45,702 bases of DNA from the NCBI RefSeq assembly GCF_006345805.1, contig NW_021834693.1, positions 1-45,702 of the forward strand, written 5' to 3'. Under the pieces are notes generated by a model that had not been told where the DNA came from, made no database searches, and was given only the letters and a program-made list of their open reading frames with translations. The DNA is from Octopus sinensis (lineage: Eukaryota). Every line of letters starts with the position of its first letter. Position 1 is the stretch's first letter. Shown here one piece after another: positions 37,196 to 45,702 of the stretch. A program made the translations under genes and the position numbers.

Positions 37196-38685
37196 ATATA
37201 TAACACACCTATATATATATGTATGTAGTATGAGTGTATATGTGTATGCATGTATGTGTGTGTGTGTGTGCGTGTCTGTGCTTGTGATTGTCCTCCACCA
37301 CTGCTTGACAACGAATGTTGGTTTGTTTACATCCCTGTCACCTAGTGGTTTGACAAAGGAAACAGATAGAATAAGTACAATGCTTACAAAAATAAAACTG
37401 GAGTTGATTCATTAAACTACAATTCTCAAGGCATTGCCCCAGCATGGCACAGAGCAATGGCTGGAAAAAGCAGAAGAATAAAATAATTGAGGGGGACCTT
37501 ACATGGTAGCTAGACCTGGTAGAAATAGCAGCAAAATTTCCCCAAATCACACCTTACTGTCTTATATATGTATATGTATGTATGAGCCTATGAGGGAGAC
37601 CTCTACATGGCAGCTAGACATGGTAGAAATAGCAGCCCAAATCTCCCTCAAATCACACCTTACTGTCTTATCTTTCTGCTACTTGGATATACGTGTTATA
37701 TTCGTCTAAAAAAACTTTCCTGTCACACACTCACGCACACGCACACACACACACACACACACACACGCGCACCGTCACACACACACACACGCGCACACAC
37801 ACACACACACGCACGTTAGCTTACAATTTTATTTATATATTTGCGTGTGTATGTGTGGAAACGGAAGTGGGAGGCAGAGTGAAAGAATCACTCACCACAG
37901 TAAGTGAATTAGTTTCATTTTATTCGTTGCCCACTGTGTGTGTGCGTTTGCGTGTGGTGTAAACCAGACTAAGAAAAGCATTTGACACACACACCAGAAT
38001 GTGAGTTTTCTGTAAATTTTGCTTAATTGGAGTTTAAATTTTAAAAACTGGACCTGGCATGACGCGATGCATTGTACTCTTAAAAATGCCAGGTAAATTG
38101 TAATTGAAGAAATCCTATATTGTAGATTTGTATAACTCCCAAAGGGAGGCAGATAAAATCTGCCTTTTATAATAAGACTAGCAGAATCGCCCGGCGTTGC
38201 TCGGGTTTGTAAGGGAAATAACTATATAAGCATTTTTAGAGAGTTATAGCCAAAAAATAGGAAAAAAATGCATTAAAAATGGAAAAAAAATTAAGGTAAA
38301 TTTCTTTTTAAATCGTTGACACATCGTAGATATTTTTAGAGAGTTACTTCCCTTATATAATAGCGAAAAAAATGCATTAAAATGGAAAAATATGATGGTA
38401 AATGTTTTTAAATCGTAGACTCATCGTAGACGCGCGCTAATACCCAGAAGGGCTCGATATGACTCACGACTATAAGATACCCGGTTTTGGTTACACTGCA
38501 CCGCAAAATGTGGGAGTAGTTAGGAATCTAAATCGTAGGAGACAGACACACAACTTCACTCTTATATATAAAGATATAAGCCACGTAGTTATATACACAT
38601 ACTTTGTTATATACGCATTCTTAAAAGAAAATGTTATTTTGAATACAACATTTATAAGAATAAAATATTTTTTGGTTTTTCTTAA

Positions 38686-38925
38686 CCCTTTCGTTACTAT
38701 ATTTCTGACCAAAATACACCCCTTATGTGTTTCAATTAATTTCTAACGTAATCATAAATTTAGTCTGGTTTCATTAAACAACTATAACTTTTTTATTTAT
38801 CAATATATTAATGTGATTTTTGGAAGATAATTTAATGAAATGTCCTCAAAACCAATTCTATACTATAATTTTGTCACAAAGTGACTCTAATTGCAGGTAG
38901 ATACAGGTAAATTCAACAATATATA
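38686..38925. mobile_element. piggyBac terminal segment
   Basis: TTAA|CCCTTTCGTTAC, the same TIR as the MITE at 7302. Confidence 0.8.
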
Positions 38926-39960
38926 AAATTATTAAAATTTTGTTCAAACATCGCTATAGAAAATGGGTTATTAGCTAATATTCAATTGGGTATACAACAA
39001 AATTTTATGATAGAATTTGTTATTCTGGGTAACTTTCTGTAAAATTATTAAAATTTTGTTCAAACATCGCTATAGAAAATGGGTTATTAGCTAATATTCA
39101 ATTGGGTATACAACAAAATTTTACGATAGAATTTGTTATTCTGGGTAACTTTCTGTAAAATTATTAAAATTTTGTTCAAACATCGCTATAGAAAATGGGT
39201 TATTAGCTAATGTTCAATTGGGTATACAACAAAATTTTACGATAGAATTTGTTATTCTGGGTAACTTTCTGTAAAATTATTAAAATTTTGTTCAAACATC
39301 GCTATAGAAAATGGGTTATTAGCTAATGTTCAATTGGGTATACAACAAAATTTTACAATAGAATTTGTTATTCTGGTAACTTTCTGTAAAATTATTAAAA
39401 TTTTGTTCAAACATCGCTATAGAAAATGGGTTATTAGCTAATATCAATTGGGTATACAACAAAATTTTACGATAGAATTTGTTATTCTGGGTAACTTTCT
39501 GTAAAATTATTAAAGTTTTGTTCAAAAATCGCTATAGAAAATGGGTTTTAGCTAATATTCAATTGGGTATACAACAAAATTTTACAATAGAATTTGTTAT
39601 TCTGGGTAACTTTCTGTAAAATTATTAAAATTTTGTTCAAACATCGCTATAGAAAATGGGTTATTAGCTAATATTCAATTGGGTATACAACAAAATTTTA
39701 CGATAGAATTTGTTATTCTGGGTAACTTTCTGTAAAATTATTAAAATTTTGTTCAAATATCGCTATAGAAAATGGGTTATTAGCTAATATTCAATTGGGT
39801 ATACAACAAAATTTTACAATAGAATTTGTTATTCGGGGTAACTTTCTGTAAAATTATTAAAATTTTGTTCAAACATCGCTATAGAAAATGGTTATTAGCT
39901 AATTCAATTGGGTATACAACAAAATTTTACGATAGAATTTGTTATTCTGGGTAACTTTCT
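38925..39960. repeat. 116-bp tandem repeat, 9 copies (about 1.2 more at 40864-41001)
   Basis: tgttcaaa starts at 38941, 39057, 39173, 39289, 39404, 39519, 39634, 39750 and 39866. Confidence 0.96.
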
Positions 39961-40175
39961 GATACCCATAATAATATTTATGGCAAAATAGGCCTTAATT
40001 TCATTTAAGGTTGTGGGAAATAACAAACTATCCTTTCTTTCGTTTTGTTTACGTTTAGCGTAACGTTTCGTTTCTGCCGTAATGATTTCAAATGATTTCA
40101 AATTCGAAAAAGTAAATAGAAATAGTCTAAGGCTTTACTCTTCTGGGAAAGTCTGTGGCTTGGTGCAGTTTCTTC
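39935..40175 (-). pseudogene. piggyBac transposase fragment (second copy ~40976-41215)
   Basis: FEIITAETKRYAK..PTTLNEIKAYFAINIIMGIRKLPRITN matches the piggyBac pattern ETN.YA..T..EI.AF....MG..KLP. Confidence 0.8.
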
Positions 40176-41669
40176 AGAAAAATCACCGAAAGAAACAGTT
40201 TTTAAATTTTCACTCCATTCAGGTACCAATTCGTTTTCTTTATCGCTGTCGGATTCACTGTTTTCACTTTAATAGCTGCAAACTTGCAAAGACAAAGGAG
40301 GAGAAGGGTGATAGCGTCAGTGAAACAATTCGCTCCCTTTGTGTGTGTGTGCGTTTCGTGTGGTGTAAACCACATTAAGAAAAACATTTGACATACACAC
40401 CAGAATGTGAGTTTTCTGTAAATTTTGCTTAATTGGAGTTTAAATTTTAAAAACTGGACCTGGCATGACGCGATGCATTCTACTCTTAAAAATGCTAGGT
40501 AAATTGTAATTGAAGAAATCCTATATTGTAGATTTCTATAACTTACAAAGGGAGGCAGATAAAATCTGCCTTTTATAATAAGACTAGCAGTATCGCCCGG
40601 CGTTGCTCGGGTTTGTAAGGGAAATAACTATATAAGCATTTTTAGAGAGTTATAGCCAAAAAATAGCAAAAAAATGCATTAAAAATTGAAAAAAAATTAA
40701 GGTAAATTTTTCTTTAAATCGTTGACACATCGTAGATATTTTTAGAGAGTTACTTCCCTTATATAAAAGCGAAAAAAATGCATTAAAATGGAAAAATATG
40801 ATCGTAATTTTTTTTTAAATCGTAGACTCATCGTAGACGCGCGCTAATACCCAGAAGGGCTCGTTTGTTATTCTGGGTAACTTTCTGTAAAATTATTAAA
40901 ATTTTGTTCAAACATCGCTATAGAAAATGGGTTATTAGCTAATTTCAATTGGGTATACAACAAAATTTTACGATAGAATTTGTTATTCTGGGTAACTTTC
41001 TGATACCCATAATAAATTTATGGTAAAATAGGCCTTAATTTCATTTAAGGTTGTGGGAAATAACAAACTATCGTTTCTTTCGTTTTGTTTACGTTAGCGT
41101 AACAGTTCGTTTCTGCCGTAATGATTTCAAATAGGATCATTCGAAAAAGTAAATAGAAATAGTGTAAGGCTTTACTCTTCTGGGAAAGTCTGTGGCTTGG
41201 TGCAGTTTCTTCAGAAAAATCACCGAAAGAAACAGTTTTTAAATTTTCACTCCATTCAGGTGCTAATTCGTGTTCTTAATCGCTGTCGGATTCACTGTTT
41301 TCACTTTAATAGCTGCCAACTTGCAAAGACAAAGGAGGAGAAGGTGATAGCGTCAGTGAAACATTCGCTCCCTTTGTGTGTGTGTGCGTTGCGTGTGGTG
41401 TAAACCAGACTAAGAAAAGCGTTTGAACACACACACCAGAATGTGAGTTTTCTGTAAATTTTGCTTAATTGGAGTTTAAATTTTAAAAACTGGACCTGGC
41501 ATGACGCGATGCATTGTACTCTTAAAATTGCTAGGTAAATTGTAATTGAAGAAATCCTATATTGTAGATTTGTATAACTCCCAAAGGGAGGCAGATAAAA
41601 TCTGCCTTTTATAATAAGAGATATATATATATATATATATATATATGTTTGTATGTATGTATGTATGTA

Positions 41670-41724
<55 letters not shown>

Positions 41725-41734
41725 TGTGTGTGTA

Positions 41735-42125
41735 GGCGCAGGAGTGGCTGTGTGGTAAGTAGCTTGTTTACCAACCACATGGTTCCGGGTACAGTCCCAC
41801 TGCGTGGCATCTTGGGCAAGTGTCTTCTACTATTGCCTCGGGCCGACCAAAGCCCTGTGAGTGGATTTGTTTGATGGAAACTGAAAGAAGCCCGTCGTAT
41901 ATATTTATATTTATATATGAGTGTGTGTGTGTGTCTGTGTTTGTCCCCCTAGCATTGCTTGACAACCGATGTTTACGTCCCCGTTACTTAGCGGTTCGGC
42001 AAAACAGACCCATAGAATAAGTACTAGGCTTACAAAAGAAAAAGTCCCGGGATCGAGTTGCTCGATTAAAGGCGGTGCTCCAGCTTGGCCGCAGCCAAAT
42101 GACTGAAACAAGTAAAAGAGTAAAA
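41735..42125 (+). mobile_element. SINE family 1, full length
   Basis: Homology to 13803-14232. Confidence 0.9.
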
Positions 42126-42159
42126 GGATATATATATATACATAAATAGATATATACAT

Positions 42160-42440
<281 letters not shown>

Positions 42441-42822
42441 AATACACACACACGCACAAACATAAACAGGCGTGTATACACACACACAGACACACCGATA
42501 CACACCCCAGACATCATTCGTCTTATGTGTATACATGTGTAATACTCCACCCTCTCTCTCTCCCCCTTTCTCTCTCTATAGACGTATGTAAATATTCATA
42601 CACACTTACATATATAAATATTTACCTGCTTATGTACATACATAAATACATACATATACACACATCCGTTAGTTTTCCTTTCTTTTTCACGTCCAAATTA
42701 ATTATAATTCCTAATTAATGACTTAATTGTGAGACCTTAATGTCAACATTATTTAATTCATAAAAATGCTGACAATGTCTCTTTGATTTTAAATAAATAA
42801 TTTAGACAAAGTTTTGTCTAAA

Positions 42823-42930
42823 TTTCCCGCCTTTTTCTCCACGTTTTTTCATTCAAATTAGCGTTGCTAGGCAACAGATAGAAACAATGAACGGGAAGCG
42901 GAAGAAGTATAGAGACTCCAGACTGGGCGG
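42823..42930 (+). promoter_or_regulatory. Candidate promoter with E2F site, RFX X-box, ETS motif and GC box
   Basis: TTTCCCGCC 42823-42831; GTTGCTAGGCAAC 42863-42875; GCGGAAG ~42898; GGGCGG ~42925; local CpG enrichment. Confidence 0.55.
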
Positions 42931-43017
42931 TTTGTGTGATACCAGACCCGAAATATCACCGGACACCCTTAAGCATGGGTTGTCACAGATGGATTTACCC
43001 GTCATCTTCTCTACGAG
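42887..43017 (+). CDS. Candidate first coding exon, product unidentified
   Basis: acaATG, open frame MNGKRKKYRDSRLGGLCDTRPEISPDTLKHGLSQMDLPVIFST, donor GAG|gtatgc followed by AT-rich sequence. Confidence 0.42.
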
Positions 43018-43252
43018 GTATGCTTATGTGTGTGCAAGAAGGCTACGTATAATAATGATGTATATTATATTCCTATAAATGTATGGAATCTGAGTCGGAA
43101 ATTATCCAAACCTCAAATATTCCAACATCTTTTGATATTTTTTTTTAAACTTGTACATATACATGAATAAATGTATACACAACACCACATACAATAATAA
43201 TATATATATATACACACCTACATTTCTACAGTTATATATATATATAATATAT

Positions 43253-43285
<33 letters not shown>

Positions 43286-44429
43286 TATATACATCCTGTG
43301 GCATAACTACAGATGAACACCCATCGACTTTGTTTCTCATAACTTCCAGGAAAATGGATATTTTTAATGAAACTTCCACTTTCATTTTCTAACAGAAAAG
43401 GATGCTCAAAAGAAATCCTTTTTAAAAGCTCTTATTTAAATCCCTGTGGAAAATCCCAGAAGAATCTTCTCAGGCTCTCCAATATATTTACAATTATATA
43501 AAGAGAAAGAATCGGGGGCCAGGAAGTGGGGCTAAAAATAATCAGAGATTTTAAAAATATTCTTTTTTTTTTTTATAACATAAATGTATTTCTGAGGGAA
43601 AAAATGAGAAAAAAAAAGAAGACAGGAGGGTGGTGTGCTAGAAACAACAGCCAAAATCTCCCTTAAATCACACACTTTTTCCCTCGAACCCTTACAAAAC
43701 ATTTTGCCAACAAATTTCTTTTAATCGTATCTACATCGTTTGAAAAAGTTATTTCTACCAAATTTCATTCAAAAATACCCATATTTATACAAAAAACCTT
43801 ATACACATGTATATACCTATATACAAACATGTCTTTGCTATGTTTTTAAACACATAAAACTCATAGATGCATACTTTTATAATATTTTACACTTAAACCG
43901 CCGCAGGACAATATTTTTAGAGTTGCTTCTTAAAGTGTCCTTCATTTTTTTATGAAAAACGATACAAATTTCAGAGTATTTGGCTGTTATTTCTAGCATG
44001 ATGTTAGGCCATCTATAGGACAATATTGACATGGATGTTTTGTAAATTGTCCTTAGATTTTATTTGTGATTGAGACAAAATGTGAAGGTTTTTGTGGCTC
44101 TTTCTAGCATGAATGAGACCATATACAGGTCAATTTTATTTATGAATGCTTCTTATCTGTCCTTCAAATTTTATATGAAAAGTAAAGTGGTTTCTTTTCT
44201 AGCGTGAAAAATGACCGGCTATGGGAAAGCTTTTACTGAATGCTTCTTAAAGTGTCCTTCTCTTTTTTTATGAACCCCCAACAGCAACAACAACAACAAC
44301 CCTACGAGGACGAAAGGGCAATGTTTGTGCGTGTGTGCAGTTGGAATGTCACTGCAACAACAACAACAATCTATTCTTATTAAACGTTAAAAACTGTCAG
44401 ATGCAGACTGCACACACGCACACACAACG

Positions 44430-44704
44430 CTGATGACGACGACGATGATGATGACGATGATGATGATGATGGTGATGATGATGATGGTGATTATGACGAT
44501 GATGATGATGGTGATGATGATGATGACGACGATATGATGATGATGATGACGACGACGATGCTGATGATGATGATGATGACGATGATGACGATGATGATGA
44601 CGACGACGATGATGATGATGATGATGACGACGACGACGATGATGACGATGATGATGATGACGACGATGATGATGATGATGACGATGATGGTGATGATGAC
44701 GACG

Positions 44705-44736
<32 letters not shown>

Positions 44737-44872
44737 GATGACGACCACGACGACGACGGCGGAGACGACGACGACGGCGGAGACGGCCACGAGGACGACC
44801 ACGACGACGACGACTGCGGCGGAGACGACGACGACGACGACGGCGGAGACGGCGGAGACGGCGGCGGTGGTC
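44430..44872. repeat. Mosaic trinucleotide tract (GAT/GAC grading to GGCGGAGAC)
   Basis: Directly visible. Confidence 0.92.
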
Positions 44873-45249
44873 GTCTGCCTTTTAATGGAGAATCAATGAT
44901 TATGAAAGTCTCTGCTTTCGGACCAGACATTCCATACATACATGCATGCGTATATATATATATATATATACATATATATACATGCGTATATACACACACA
45001 CACAACATACATACTTATAGCCTTATTCTATACATACATTCCTAAAATGTGTATATATATATAAACACATGTACACATACTGTATATAAATATACACACA
45101 CACACAAAGAGAGAGAGAGAGTGTTGAGGAATGTTACAACAATAAGTGTGTAGATGAGAATGCAATGTATGCGATGCAGGTTCGATTCGGGCGAAGCCAT
45201 TTACAACAACAACAATAATAAGAAGAGAAGAAGATTGAAGTTTAATATT

Positions 45250-45702
45250 TCTGGAAAATATTTATTTGTCAAAATAAAAGAAAGCAAAAGATTGACGTCC
45301 AGGAATAATTCCAAAAACCATCAAAGAATTGTCTGAAACATCCAACCCAAGAACTTCAAAGATTCATTATCATCCCCTCTGAGGAGTAAATATTTTGGAT
45401 TATCTTTTAATCTCAGGATTTCATCATCTTCAGATGTTTCTTCTTCAATATGTCCAGGTATTTCGTAAATATTGTTTCTTAAATCTGTTATATAAACACA
45501 TTCACCAATTATGGTCAGACGAGGTCTTGGAATATAATATCCCAGAAAATAAAATACTTCTTCTATTCTTATCCTCCTCGCCAAAGACTTTCCCTGAACC
45601 ATTCCACAAAACACAAAACTTCCATCCATCCAAACCCCTCCTCCTTCATCTCCCTCCTCACAACAACAACATCACCAAAGATGTGACTCCCACACCATCC
45701 AC
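45250..45702 (+). mobile_element. Possible very degenerate LINE ORF2 relic
   Basis: Weak resemblance to the pre-RT region (..GLG..NIP..LLAK.F) across stops; not firmly assignable. Confidence 0.25.

Larger units (their letters stand above)
37830..41619 (-). mobile_element. Head-to-tail array of composite Helitrons
   Basis: 5' end TCttattataaaaggcag at 41619, 40583 and 38177; hairpin plus CTAG 3' ends at 40584 and 38178 fused directly to the next TC. Confidence 0.8.

Noticed and set aside
45321-45629. 102-aa minus-strand ORF as a gene
   Set aside because: No recognisable domain or splice context; the opposite strand looks more like a LINE relic.

Overview
AT-rich, repeat-dominated eukaryotic DNA. 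The repeat families (tRNA-derived SINEs, RTE LINE 3' ends with (GAT)n tails, dense TA/CA/CAT microsatellites) resemble those of an octopus genome; this is an inference from recognition, not a search. No prokaryotic features, CRISPR array, rRNA or intact tRNA gene were seen, and most short ORFs in the track are microsatellite or SINE noise. Gene-like content: a frameshifted minus-strand multi-exon gene or pseudogene (exons ~15021-15319 and ~10170-13062, with a ~47-His tract), and a candidate RFX/E2F promoter with a first coding exon at 42823-43017. Mobile content: RTE, Tx1/L1-like and CR1-like LINE relics, three SINE families, piggyBac and mariner MITEs, and Helitrons. The most notable structures are: (i) a minimal type-I hammerhead-ribozyme fold with a swapped G3-C8 core and one extra nucleotide, in two Penelope-like inverted repeats (23105-23155 on -, 37067-37115 on +); (ii) a head-to-tail Helitron concatemer carrying a piggyBac end and transposase fragment plus a 116-bp satellite (37830-41619); (iii) a ~610-bp foldback element with outward-facing TTAGGG repeats (22383-22995). 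Boundaries of degenerate repeats are approximate.
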